Assembly (NCBI GenBank): GCA_040222015.1 | Contig: JAVJWO010000010.1 | Location: forward strand, 1 to 64,000 | Direction of reading: 5' to 3' | Source of the DNA: Coleofasciculus chthonoplastes F2-STO-03 | GTDB lineage: Bacteria > Cyanobacteriota > Cyanobacteriia > Cyanobacteriales > Coleofasciculaceae | Length of the DNA: 64,000 nt | In this document: one piece after another, positions 1-9,697 of the stretch | Numbering within the stretch: the first letter of the stretch is position 1 | How the letters are laid out: the number at the start of each line of letters is the position of its first letter | Position numbers and translations under genes: made by a program | The notes under the pieces: generated by a model | Told to the model about the DNA's origin: nothing | The model's database searches: none | Seen by the model: only the letters and a program-made list of their open reading frames with translations

Positions 1-133
1 GTAGCGAGCAAGATGCTCAGTAGCGAGCAAGAAGCTCAGTAGCGAGCAAGATGCTCAGTAGCGAGCAAGATGCTCAGTAGCGAGCAAGATGCTCAGTAGC
101 GAGCAAGATGCTCAGTAGCGAGCAAGATGCTCG
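1..133. repeat. 19-bp tandem repeat (GTAGCGAGCAAGATGCTCA) x7, running off the window edge; amplified REP-like palindrome inside a MITE
   Basis: Seven adjacent near-identical units with no spacers. The last completes the hairpin GTAG-CGAGCA-AGA-TGCTCG-CACTAC. A single-copy version with a near-identical flank is at ~23197-23272. Confidence 0.9.
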
Positions 134-171
134 CACTACGACAAGGATTTCGTCATTATTGACATTAAGGT

Positions 172-564
172 TTAAATGCCGAACAGTTTACCTGATGCAG
201 GGCGACCCGATAAAATTAAGGGTTGGGCGATATTAATTGTGTGCGGCGGGTCGCCCCTACAATCTATCCTGTAACTACCTCTGACACAAAAAACAGCAAA
301 ATCTAACACTTCCTGGCGGCGTTCCTTAGACAAGCGATATTCTAAGTAAGGCGAAAATTTATAAGTTCCGCTTAAACACTTATCATGAATGACCTGAATC
401 TGAGACTGAGCTTGTTTTTCAAATTGTGAGCCATTTATTCGATCAATGCCTTTAGTTGTGTTATGTTTGAATTTTTCTTCATATATTTTATTCAATGAAT
501 CAATTTGGCACAATTGACACCAGGAATTTAATATTTGTTCTGGAGTCTGAGAAGTATTAGTCAT
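172..564 (-). pseudogene. N-terminal fragment of a reverse transcriptase, fused to unrelated sequence
   Basis: TKGIDRING and LSGTYKFSPYLE resemble bacterial RT domain 0/1 sequence. The ORF then diverges and no YxDD motif is present. Confidence 0.5.
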
Positions 565-587
565 GGAACAATAGGACTATCTTTCAT

Positions 588-1610
588 CTAAGTGACATCT
601 GGTACTTTCGCTAACGCTTCCCGCACTACCTCAGAACCTGCACCCAAAATACAAGACTTTTCCGTTAAATGTCGCTTCCAAGCACGACTCCCAGGTTGTC
701 CGGAAAATAATTGCAGGATATGACGGGTAATTTTATTCAGCTTCAGTCCCTTCGCCACCCAATAATCAATATAATCCAACATCCCTTCAATAACCTGCTG
801 GCGAGTGGGGGGTATACTTTCCTCCCCAAATATCTGACAATCAGCTTCAGCAAACAGATAAGGATTATCGTAAGCAGCGCGTCCAATCATCACCGCATCG
901 ACAAATTTTAATTGTTCCTTTACCTGTTCTAAACTGGTAAATCCGCCGTTAATCTCGATAAATAACTGGGAAAATTCTTGTTTGAGGCGATGCACATCAC
1001 TATACCGTAAAGGGGGAACCGTGCGATTTTCCTTGGGACTTAATCCCTGTAACCACGCCTTCCGCGCATGGACACTAAAGTGTTGACATCCGGCTTCTGA
1101 GACAATACGGACAAAGTTTGCCATATCCTCATAGCGATCGCACTCATCTATCCCAATCCGATGCTTGACGGTAACTGGTATTGTAACCGCCTTTATCATC
1201 GCTTCAACTCCCCGCGCCACTCGTTCCGGTTGCGCCATCAGACAAGCACCGAAGTTCCCATTTTGCACGCGATCGCTCGGACATCCTACATTAAGATTAA
1301 TCTGGTCATACCCCATCCCTTCAGCTATTTGGGCGCATGCGGCGAGTTCTAGGGGATTATCTCCCCCCACTTGCAAAACCAAGGGTTTCTCTTCGGCAGA
1401 AAAACCCAACAGGCGATCGCGATCGCCATGTATAATTGCTGCACTGGTCACCATCTCGGTATAGAGGAGAGTACAGCGCGTAATCTGGCGCATAAAATAC
1501 CGAAAATGGCGATCCGTGCGATCCATCATCGGTGCAATACTTAACGGATAAGTTACCGGGATGGTGTGAGGTTGAGATTGGGGTAAAACGACGGTATTGG
1601 AACTGACCAT
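588..1610 (-). CDS. dusA: tRNA-dihydrouridine synthase DusA
   Basis: APMMD, NLNVGCPS, HARKAWLQGLSPKENR and MIGRAAY motifs. Confidence 0.95.
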   Translation of the reverse strand: MVSSNTVVLPQSQPHTIPVTYPLSIAPMMDRTDRHFRYFMRQITRCTLLYTEMVTSAAIIHGDRDRLLGFSAEEKPLVLQVGGDNPLELAACAQIAEGMGYDQINLNVGCPSDRVQNGNFGACLMAQPERVARGVEAMIKAVTIPVTVKHRIGIDECDRYEDMANFVRIVSEAGCQHFSVHARKAWLQGLSPKENRTVPPLRYSDVHRLKQEFSQLFIEINGGFTSLEQVKEQLKFVDAVMIGRAAYDNPYLFAEADCQIFGEESIPPTRQQVIEGMLDYIDYWVAKGLKLNKITRHILQLFSGQPGSRAWKRHLTEKSCILGAGSEVVREALAKVPDVT

Positions 1611-1760
1611 TGGCGTGTAGAATCTTGTCTGGATGCGATCGCACTTCCGATCAGATCCAGACTAACAACTCAGGGACTTCCAAAACATATAGTAGACAAG
1701 CCACTTGAGAGAACGACAACATCTGATCACGATCGATCTTCAATCCCAATCGTGGATGGA

Positions 1761-2840
1761 TCAAGTTCCTGTCTCCTCTGAGTCAGTACCGGCTTCATAG
1801 GTTTCCAGTAGTTGAAATTGCCGCCGGATCAACCGCTGTATGGCAATGATCGCGGGATTGACTTCCACATAGCGACGCTGGGGATTTGCCAGATAGGTTT
1901 GCTGCTCACTTTCCATCATTTCAATATCTTGATTGAGAAATTGCATAAATACAAACCGTTCCAGTATGGTAGACAAGAGGGGGTCGAATAGCTTACGGAA
2001 CCATTGGGGTAGGGGAATCTTGAAAAAGAATAGGGCAAAGGAACGACTTTCCGTTAGTCCGATGGGGAGGCGCATCAGGTAGAGGTTGGAGACGCCTTCG
2101 AGGGAACTGTAATAGTGGGGATAGCGATACTGTACCGATATCGTGCGGCGAGTCACTTGATCCGCGCGATCGCTCAACCCTAACCATTGAGCCATACGCC
2201 CTTTATAGGAGACATCGTACTCCGCACAGACAGTATTTTCCGTTTCCTGCAAACGTTTAAGAACCGGATCAAACCATCCTTGCAGGTTTTGGTGCAAAAA
2301 TCCATGAAAAACATCCATGGTATTTTCATTACAAATCGAGAAATGAGACTTCATCCTGGCACTCACGGGAACCATAAACCAGTCCGGATGGTCGAATTCT
2401 GGCATATCTGGCGGTTGGCAGGTTGTTGCTAGGGCTGGATCTCCAGGAAAGATCCAGATCAGCTTGTATTTTTCCTGAATCGGGTAAGTACGGACTTGAG
2501 CGCAGGGTAGTTTCTGTTCCGGGGGAAAGTAGGGAATGCCTACACACTTTCCTGCACCATCAAACTGCCAGCCATGATAAGGACAGGCTAAATACTCATC
2601 CTGAACAATGCCTTTGTGCAGTTCCACACCTTTGTGAGGACAAGCATTTTCTAAAGCATGGAGTTGACCGGTGGGAGTTCGGTAAACGGCGATGGATTGT
2701 TGCCAAATCTTGACAGGTAAGATTTGACCGGGTTTGATTTGATTTGCCCAAGCCACTGAATACCAGTAGTTGGGGTTAATCCCTACTTCTCTAATCGCGT
2801 TTTGAACGTTTTGGCTAGTTAGCGTTGTCGTCAGTTCCAT
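1761..2840 (-). CDS. Rieske non-heme iron oxygenase, alpha subunit
   Basis: Rieske CPHKG...CPYHGW motif; mononuclear Fe motif ENTMDVFHGFLH. Confidence 0.9.
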   Translation of the reverse strand: MELTTTLTSQNVQNAIREVGINPNYWYSVAWANQIKPGQILPVKIWQQSIAVYRTPTGQLHALENACPHKGVELHKGIVQDEYLACPYHGWQFDGAGKCVGIPYFPPEQKLPCAQVRTYPIQEKYKLIWIFPGDPALATTCQPPDMPEFDHPDWFMVPVSARMKSHFSICNENTMDVFHGFLHQNLQGWFDPVLKRLQETENTVCAEYDVSYKGRMAQWLGLSDRADQVTRRTISVQYRYPHYYSSLEGVSNLYLMRLPIGLTESRSFALFFFKIPLPQWFRKLFDPLLSTILERFVFMQFLNQDIEMMESEQQTYLANPQRRYVEVNPAIIAIQRLIRRQFQLLETYEAGTDSEETGT

Positions 2841-2994
2841 ATCGGAGCCTCTGTTGTCGATTTATTTGACAATATGTAGCCTGGAATTTTTTATGAGTCA
2901 ATCGATCGTCATTGGTCATTTGTCATTCGTCCTTCGTCTACCCTGCCTTGGAACCCTCTGCTATAGTTGTCAAAATCTTTAGGTATTTTAAGTT

Positions 2995-4143
2995 ATGTTA
3001 CGTGATCCTCGGCTGTTAGTGCTGCTAGTCGCTGGCTCTCTCACCACCATGGCTGGGGGAGTGGTGGCGCCAATTTTGCCCGAGATGATCCAACAACTTA
3101 ACCTTGATCCGGCATTGGCGGGGAATTTGGTCAGCCTGCATTGTCTAACCATTGCCCTATTTAGTCCGCCATTAGGAATTGTGGCAGATCGGATGGGGCA
3201 CCTGCGGGTGCTGATTCCGTCATTAATTCTCTACGCCTTATTTGGCACAGCCGGTGCCTTCATGCACTCACTGATGCCGTTGTTAGTCGTGCGGGGACTA
3301 TTAGGTGCCGCCAGTGGCGGAATTGCGGCGGCGAGTTTGGGCATCTTGGGGAATATGTATCAAGGCGAAGCGCGATCGCAGGCGTTGGGATACGCAACCA
3401 GTACCCTAACTATTATGGGCATTGCTTTCCCCCTACTTGGGGGTTGGGTGGGTTCGTTTCACTGGCAATGGGCATTTGGTCTGTATGGGATAGGACTACC
3501 TCTGGCAATCTTAGCTGCACGGTTCTTACCGGAAAAATCCTCCCCAAAAACCAAAGGAGAGGTTAAAGAGACTGGAAGTAAACTGCGTCATGTATTAGGA
3601 CGCCCCTACACCCTACGCCTCTTATGCACACTCAGTTTGGTATCCATTGCGATGTACGCGGTGGTCATTTATGCCCCACAATATCTCAAACAAACCATTG
3701 ACGCCACAAGTGTGATTAATGGAATTGTTTTAGCATCACGGGCAATAGGCGCAGCTATTATATCAGCATTTGGCGCCAAAAGGCTTGCCCAGCGCTGGGG
3801 ACGACCTACGACTGTTGCGATCGGGTTGGGTTTGATGGCGTTAACCTTAAGTACGATTCCCGTACTGCATCAACTCGGTTGGATTTTAGTTACGGCTGTC
3901 TTCTTTGGCGTCGGATTTGGTTTGGTACTCCCCACCCTTTACGGCACTCTGGCGAATCTAGCCCCCCCAGACCTGAAATCTAGTGTACTAGCCGCTGGGA
4001 CAGGCGCGGGGTTTTTGGGACAGTTTATATCTCCGATCCTGTTAGGACCAGTGTTAGCGTTCTGCGGTTTAGCGTGGGTGTTCTATGCGGCGGCTATTGT
4101 GGCACTCCTCGCAGGCTTATTGCTCTTTGTCCCCAAGCCATAA
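2995..4143 (+). CDS. MFS transporter
   Basis: About 12 hydrophobic segments and motif A-like GIVADRMGH. Confidence 0.9.
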   Translation: MLRDPRLLVLLVAGSLTTMAGGVVAPILPEMIQQLNLDPALAGNLVSLHCLTIALFSPPLGIVADRMGHLRVLIPSLILYALFGTAGAFMHSLMPLLVVRGLLGAASGGIAAASLGILGNMYQGEARSQALGYATSTLTIMGIAFPLLGGWVGSFHWQWAFGLYGIGLPLAILAARFLPEKSSPKTKGEVKETGSKLRHVLGRPYTLRLLCTLSLVSIAMYAVVIYAPQYLKQTIDATSVINGIVLASRAIGAAIISAFGAKRLAQRWGRPTTVAIGLGLMALTLSTIPVLHQLGWILVTAVFFGVGFGLVLPTLYGTLANLAPPDLKSSVLAAGTGAGFLGQFISPILLGPVLAFCGLAWVFYAAAIVALLAGLLLFVPKP

Positions 4144-4289
4144 CCATAAGTGACATACTCCTACATTCAATCCTCAAACCCTTACAAAGGACGTAGCTTG
4201 CTTGCTCGTTGAGCGCGAGTATGACAAATGACAAATGACGAATGCTAGGGTGGAGACGGATACAGGGAAATCTACCAAAAGCTAGTAGG

Positions 4290-4387
4290 AACTGTTAAGC
4301 ATTTAAACCCTACCGTAGGGTGGGCATTGCCCACAAACCCTAAGTCAGTACCATTCATCCATACCCAATGTAAATGCATAACAGCTT
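4290..4387. mobile_element. MITE (TAAGCTG...CAGCTTA terminal-repeat family) carrying a REP-like palindrome
   Basis: Imperfect inverted ends ACTGTTAAGCATTTA / TAAATGCATAACAGCT; internal GTAGGGTGGGCATTGCCCAC. Confidence 0.55.
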
Positions 4388-4426
4388 CCCGAAATTTCTA
4401 TCCCAGAATTAATTAGCTGATTTTCC

Positions 4427-4669
4427 ATGTCAACCCTAATCGAAAAATTACTTGCCGCCGGCTGGTGTTACGAAAGCAATCGACCCAGCCATAATCATGA
4501 AAAGACCGAAATCTATAAAGATTGGGAGATTATTACCTATCCTGAATTGGCATTACATTATCTACCAACTGGAGAATATTTTATTGGTTCAACTAATCCC
4601 ACCTTAGGGTCAAAAGTCTCCCAAGCTAAAATAGGCGTCATTAAAGCATTGATTGATTCATCTGACTAG
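4427..4669 (+). CDS. hypothetical protein (80 aa)
   Basis: ATG-initiated ORF in an otherwise empty gap; no recognisable motif. Confidence 0.45.
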   Translation: MSTLIEKLLAAGWCYESNRPSHNHEKTEIYKDWEIITYPELALHYLPTGEYFIGSTNPTLGSKVSQAKIGVIKALIDSSD

Positions 4670-4789
4670 TCACGCATCTGTAGGGGCGGGTTTAGCTACT
4701 TAGGTAACTTGCCAGATGATAACCGCTCAACAAAACCCGCCCTGATTCCAACGTTTGCTTGTCGTTTCAATAGCATGACAAATGACAAC

Positions 4790-5473
4790 CTAATAAGAGC
4801 CTTTAAAAATACGCTCTTGCTGTTCTGGCGTAATCCAAGTCGCTCTAGCAAACTGAGTTCTCGGTGGTACAAACTGACCTTGAACCGGATTATATTCCAT
4901 AACTTCTCCCGTTTCAATTTCATACACCCAAGCATGGAGTTGCAATTTTCCGGCTTTGAGTCGAGATTGAATTACCGGATAAGTGCGTAGATTTTCCAAT
5001 TGATTGAGAACATTCTCTTGAATAGAAACATTTAGCAAATCTTCCCCTTCATAGCTTTGGTAATGTTCCTTAATAATCCGCCGCGTTGCTTCCGCATGTT
5101 TGAGCCATTCGTAAACCATTGGCATTTCCTCTTCCAGCTTGCTGAGTTTCAGCAATCCTTTCATCGCGCCGCAGTGGGAATGACCACAAACAATCACATC
5201 TTCAATACCTAATGCATGAATAGCATACTCAACGGCTGCACCTTCTCCGCCGTTCGTCGCCCCATAAGGGGGAATAATGTTACCCGCATTACGGATAATA
5301 AACATTTCACCTGGTTTGGTTTGGGTCATCAGATTGGGATCAATGCGGGAGTCTGAGCAAGTAATAAACAGAACTCGCGGATGTTGTCCTTGAGAAAGTA
5401 ACTCAAATAGCTCCCGGTGAGCTGTAAAGTAATTGGTCTGGAACTCATGCAGACCCTGAATTAACTGTTTCAT
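4790..5473 (-). CDS. ccaA: beta-carbonic anhydrase, CcaA/IcfA-like (probably carboxysomal)
   Basis: CSDSR and HSHCGAM zinc motifs; C-terminal WITPEQQERIFKG resembles the CcaA CcmM-binding peptide. Confidence 0.8.
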   Translation of the reverse strand: MKQLIQGLHEFQTNYFTAHRELFELLSQGQHPRVLFITCSDSRIDPNLMTQTKPGEMFIIRNAGNIIPPYGATNGGEGAAVEYAIHALGIEDVIVCGHSHCGAMKGLLKLSKLEEEMPMVYEWLKHAEATRRIIKEHYQSYEGEDLLNVSIQENVLNQLENLRTYPVIQSRLKAGKLQLHAWVYEIETGEVMEYNPVQGQFVPPRTQFARATWITPEQQERIFKGSY

Positions 5474-5638
5474 CGATTAACCTTTCCACAAGACAAGGGG
5501 ACATCATTGTCTATGATCCCACACAAGTGTACCAATCCTCTTACTTGTTACAACCTATTTAGGGTTGCTATAGTCGAAAGTCCAAGTAATATTTTTCACG
5601 GGAAGCATCGAAACCATTGCTAAGCAATGGTTTCAATA

Positions 5639-6064
5639 CTAAATTTCATCGAGTAAGTCTGTTGCGTCTTTCCAAGCCACCACTTTGCCATCTTTATACA
5701 GTTTTGCAATGAAGGGAGCCTGATTTTCTGAAATGAATTTCAGCATAGATAGTAAAGCATCTCGAAAGGCAATCGCTGTTTCTTCTCCAGACAGTTTTTT
5801 CGAGGCAAGGGTGAACATCCGAATGCCTGCACGGGCTACAGCTTGGCGTTCTAGGGTATTTCTAGCAATGCGTGCATCTTTTGTTAGGATGATCCAACCC
5901 CATTCTCCAACTTGTGGTATCCAGTCTTGATCGAAGGTATTTTGTGGAAAATGATCATCATGAATTTCGACGCTAACCCCTGTTTCTTTCAGCATTTCTA
6001 GGATGGGATGTTTTCCTAAGCAGCGATCAATGAAAAAGACAGTTGTTTTTGGCTTGAGATTCAT
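5639..6064 (-). CDS. PIN-like domain toxin (VapC45-like)
   Basis: FFIDRCLG, DQDWI and ILTKDARI acidic PIN motifs; overlaps the upstream gene by ATGA. Confidence 0.8.
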   Translation of the reverse strand: MNLKPKTTVFFIDRCLGKHPILEMLKETGVSVEIHDDHFPQNTFDQDWIPQVGEWGWIILTKDARIARNTLERQAVARAGIRMFTLASKKLSGEETAIAFRDALLSMLKFISENQAPFIAKLYKDGKVVAWKDATDLLDEI

Positions 6065-6765
6065 GCAGCAACAGGGCGACTCACACAGCGTATAGCTTCC
6101 TCGATTTTATCGATTTCACATTCATAGTCATCGGCAAGCTGTTGGGAAGAATCACCAGCATAAAATCGTTCGCCAATGACATCTACAGGAATTCCTGTAC
6201 CTGCAATGACCATTCTACCAAAGGCGACACGCGGGTCTATCACCACAAAACGTGGGTTATTTTCTTCTTGATTGCGGGTGAATGGGAATAGCTTGATGGC
6301 TAAACCTTTCTCATCGGCTTCGATTCTTTCTAAGTGGGTTTCTAATGCATTTTTCAGGATTCTTTTACCATCCTGTGAGGCATTAATTAGAGAACCATAA
6401 TGGTCAATGAATAAATCAACACCATCTGTATAAAATACTTGATGTGCGAGAGAATGGGGGATATTAATTGTTTTGTTGATGTAATCTAATGCCACTCTGA
6501 CTTTTGCTAAGTCGATGTGATGATGTTGGCGGATAGCTCTGAGAACATGAATTTCAATTAGGTTGATGAATGTCAGTATTAAGGGTTTTCTTTTCTCAAT
6601 GTCAATGACGGGTTCAAATTGTTTATTGCCGTCTGTGACTTTGTATTTATAGCCGACTGTCCAAGACCGAATGGTTGAGTATGGTATATTCAGGTAGCGG
6701 GATGCGTCCCCAGCCGAGTAGGTGGGAATGTCGCGTGGATCTTTACCGCCATAAATATCAATCAT
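6061..6765 (-). CDS. DUF433-containing antitoxin (VapB45-like) with N-terminal HTH
   Basis: N-terminal HTH (YSAGDASRYLNIPYSTIRSW); C-terminal IDPRVAFGRMVIAGTGIPV...LADDY. Confidence 0.85.
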   Translation of the reverse strand: MIDIYGGKDPRDIPTYSAGDASRYLNIPYSTIRSWTVGYKYKVTDGNKQFEPVIDIEKRKPLILTFINLIEIHVLRAIRQHHHIDLAKVRVALDYINKTINIPHSLAHQVFYTDGVDLFIDHYGSLINASQDGKRILKNALETHLERIEADEKGLAIKLFPFTRNQEENNPRFVVIDPRVAFGRMVIAGTGIPVDVIGERFYAGDSSQQLADDYECEIDKIEEAIRCVSRPVAA

Positions 6766-6924
6766 TGTGATGTTGTTTAACCTCTATCTGTTATTATTTT
6801 AAGCCTAAATGCCTCTGTTTTATTAAATCCTTAAGGTAAAAATAGTCAGGACTTACACAGCTACGCTATCCATAGTGGTAATGGTGAGTTAAGCTAGGTT
6901 AGGTTAACACACCTGAAGGGGTGA

Positions 6925-7151
6925 TATAGCCTTACCAAGGCAGGTTAGGATATTCCTACAGTTCTCTATTGCCTGTTATCAGGTCATTACTAGTGCAGCT
7001 CGGCAAAAATACTTGAGCAGCTTCGTAGATACGATGAAGCAGGGGGAGCAGAGGGAGCAGGGGAAGCGGGGGGAGATATTAGCTGTTCAGTTATTTCTGC
7101 CTTCTTGCACTAGGATTAACTGATGTCCTAACGTGTCTGCGTAGCGCTATA
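6925..7151. mobile_element. nested MITEs (inner element 6991-7112)
   Basis: Outer ends TATAGC..GGTTAGGA / TCCTAAC..GCTATA; inner ends TAGTGCAGCTCGGCAAAAATA / TATTTCTGCCTTCTTGCACTA. Confidence 0.55.
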
Positions 7152-7188
7152 CAGTAATCGAAATCAATACGAGACTCGCTAAAAAACT

Positions 7189-7202
7189 GTAACAAAAGCT
7201 AC
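7189..7202. promoter_or_regulatory. NtcA-type box GTA-N8-TAC (target unclear)
   Basis: TGTAACAAAAGCTACA with A-rich flanks; no correctly spaced -10 element found. Confidence 0.3.
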
Positions 7203-7413
7203 AAAATACCCCTTTTTTAGAGATGTGACCGTGGAACGTCTCCACAAACCGCTATTACGCTTACCGATGCTCTAGTAGAATTCAATTTTTCCCTACACCC
7301 CATAACCTGTCTGACCCTCAATTCCCTGGTCATCTGGTGAGATGAAAGTGAAGCCGAAAGCTTTCAAGAAGCTCGAACAGGCGCAAGATAATTATCCAAT
7401 GGTTACAGATTGA

Positions 7414-8745
7414 TTACTCTAATGGCAATAAAATTTCAAAGGTTGTACCTTTTCCTAACTGTGAACGCATTAACAACTTTCCGTTATGTTTCTCAGTGAC
7501 AATTTGATGAGTAATTGCTAACCCTAATCCTGTCCCTTTTCCGACTGGCTTAGTCGTGAAGAATGTCTCAAATATCCGCTCTTGAATATTGGGTGCTATT
7601 CCTGAACCATTATCACTAATTTGTACCAAAACCCAGTCCCCTTTATCCTGTTGCACTAGGCGAGTGTTAATTTCAATCTGAGGCTGCCATGAGCCAGACC
7701 CATTCCCAGCTTTTTCTGCCTTTTCAGTCAGGGCATCAATAGCATTACTAATCAGATTCATAAAAACTTGGCTTAGTTGACCCGATGAACAATTAACCAA
7801 TGGCAAATTGTCATAATTTTTAATGATGTTAATTCCTTTTTTAACTCGATTATTTAAAATAATTAATGTACTTTCAATGCACTCATGAATATTAGCAGGC
7901 TGATGTCTCGACTCATCCGTATGTGAGAAGCTTTGTAGACTGCCAACAATTTTGGTTAATCGTTCTGAGCCTAATTTCATACTTTTCAGGATTTTAGGCA
8001 AATCCTCTAAGATAAAATAGAGTTCATAATCTTCTTTGAGTTGACTTAAATCTTCTGATGGTTGGGGAACTTCTGCGGCGTAGGCTGTCAATAGCTTAAT
8101 TAACTTGTCACAATAATCATCTAAGAATTCAAAATTCCCGGTAATACACCCGACTGGATTCTTAATTTCATGAGCAATCCCAGCAACCATTTGCCCCAAA
8201 CTTGCCATTTTTTCTGTTTGAATCATTTGAGCTTGAGTTTGATCGTGCAAAAGCTGGGTGGTGAGTTCCTGAATTTGCGACTGAGCCACGAGTAATTGAT
8301 GCACGTCTAGCAAGCGATAGGTTCCTGACTCGAGTTCTACAATAATTGGTTCGTAGACGAATTTCGGTGTACGCTGAAGTGAACGACGAGCCGCATCAAC
8401 TATTTTTGTATCTCCTGTGAGGATTAAAACATCTGCACTGACGAAGCGGTATAAGGAGTGCAGGGGACGTTTTAAGAACAGTTCTAATCCATAAGGACTG
8501 CTCATTTGTTCTAAAAACTGCCTTCGGGAAATCATCCCGATAAGTTTTCTATGTTGGGTGAGAATAACTCCAGGTAATAGCGGATTTAATTGAAACGATT
8601 GAGCTACGTCTCTACCGGGTTGAACTGATTCCACCTGAAAGTGATACAGATTAAGTTCTCGAATGGTAGAATCCAACGTCAGATTAGCGGTCTCGAATTG
8701 AGGCAAGACGCATAAGTCAGGGTAGTAGTCTTGAAGAGAAACCAT
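7414..8745 (-). CDS. cytoplasmic sensor histidine kinase with N-terminal CBS-like region
   Basis: H-box GIAHEIKNP; N-box QVFMNLISNAIDA; DNGSG; GTGLGL. Confidence 0.92.
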   Translation of the reverse strand: MVSLQDYYPDLCVLPQFETANLTLDSTIRELNLYHFQVESVQPGRDVAQSFQLNPLLPGVILTQHRKLIGMISRRQFLEQMSSPYGLELFLKRPLHSLYRFVSADVLILTGDTKIVDAARRSLQRTPKFVYEPIIVELESGTYRLLDVHQLLVAQSQIQELTTQLLHDQTQAQMIQTEKMASLGQMVAGIAHEIKNPVGCITGNFEFLDDYCDKLIKLLTAYAAEVPQPSEDLSQLKEDYELYFILEDLPKILKSMKLGSERLTKIVGSLQSFSHTDESRHQPANIHECIESTLIILNNRVKKGINIIKNYDNLPLVNCSSGQLSQVFMNLISNAIDALTEKAEKAGNGSGSWQPQIEINTRLVQQDKGDWVLVQISDNGSGIAPNIQERIFETFFTTKPVGKGTGLGLAITHQIVTEKHNGKLLMRSQLGKGTTFEILLPLE

Positions 8746-8994
8746 AACGCTATAACAATTAAACCTCTAATTTGTATATAAACTCACAATCAGCTATTTG
8801 TCATTTGGTTTGTAAAATGATTTAATAGTTGGTTGGTACAAAATATTGTAGAAAATGAAGATGCCCTGAAACGTTAATATCGTTTTAAGAAACGATTAAA
8901 GTTTAATAAAGACTTAGCTAACACGGAAAATCGATCCAATTTAAGTAGAGAATCCCTGGTATAAACTAGAGACGGTTGAAGTTATCCGTTAGAA

Positions 8995-9528
8995 TTAATG
9001 CCAATGAGTATGAACAACCACGCGATCGCGTCCGGCTGATTTAGCTTGATATAATGCAGCATCGGCGGCTGCGGTCAAGGTTGTTGGTGATTGTCGTGGA
9101 TTAGGAATGGTACTAGCGACACCAATACTCAAGGTAACCCGTTGACTCACTAAAGAGGTTGCATGAGGAATGTTTAAAGTCCGCACCGCTTCTCCAATCG
9201 CTTGAGCCACCTGAGTTGCACCATCGAGAGGAGTCAGGGGTAAAATGACCACAAATTCTTCACCCCCATAACGCGCTACTAAATCTGCGGGTCGCTTAAC
9301 TTGACGCTGGATAGCCGATGCAACTTCTCGTAAACAGTCATCACCCGCCTGATGACCGTAAGTATCGTTGTAGTATTTGAAACAATCGACATCGCACATA
9401 ATTAGCGACAGCCAAGAGTTTCCCACACAATGTTGTTGCCAGCAGGTTTGTAAATAGTCATCAAATCGCCGCCGATTCGCAAATAGTTCGGGTTTTAAAT
9501 CTCCACCGCTAACTTTAATTGTGTCCAC
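8995..9528 (-). CDS. stand-alone GGDEF (GGEEF) diguanylate cyclase domain, possibly 5'-truncated
   Basis: NRRRFD, DVDCFKYYNDTYGHQAGD, RPAD I-site, ARYGGEEF. Confidence 0.8.
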   Translation of the reverse strand: MDTIKVSGGDLKPELFANRRRFDDYLQTCWQQHCVGNSWLSLIMCDVDCFKYYNDTYGHQAGDDCLREVASAIQRQVKRPADLVARYGGEEFVVILPLTPLDGATQVAQAIGEAVRTLNIPHATSLVSQRVTLSIGVASTIPNPRQSPTTLTAAADAALYQAKSAGRDRVVVHTHWH

Positions 9529-9697
9529 CTACTTATGACAGACGAACAACACAACCAGGTTTAATTTTGTTGGCTTTCCTACGTCAACCCAACCAACAGC
9601 AGTGAAAGCTGGATTAGGTTTCCCAAAACCAAATAGCCGATGGGGATGTTAGCCTAGATCAACAATTGATGTTTCAAAAGGATTATCCATTGATGTC

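Noticed and set aside
1..133. CRISPR array, or a product of the neighbouring RT
   Set aside because: There are no spacers, and the unit is a REP-like palindrome also found inside a MITE at ~23197
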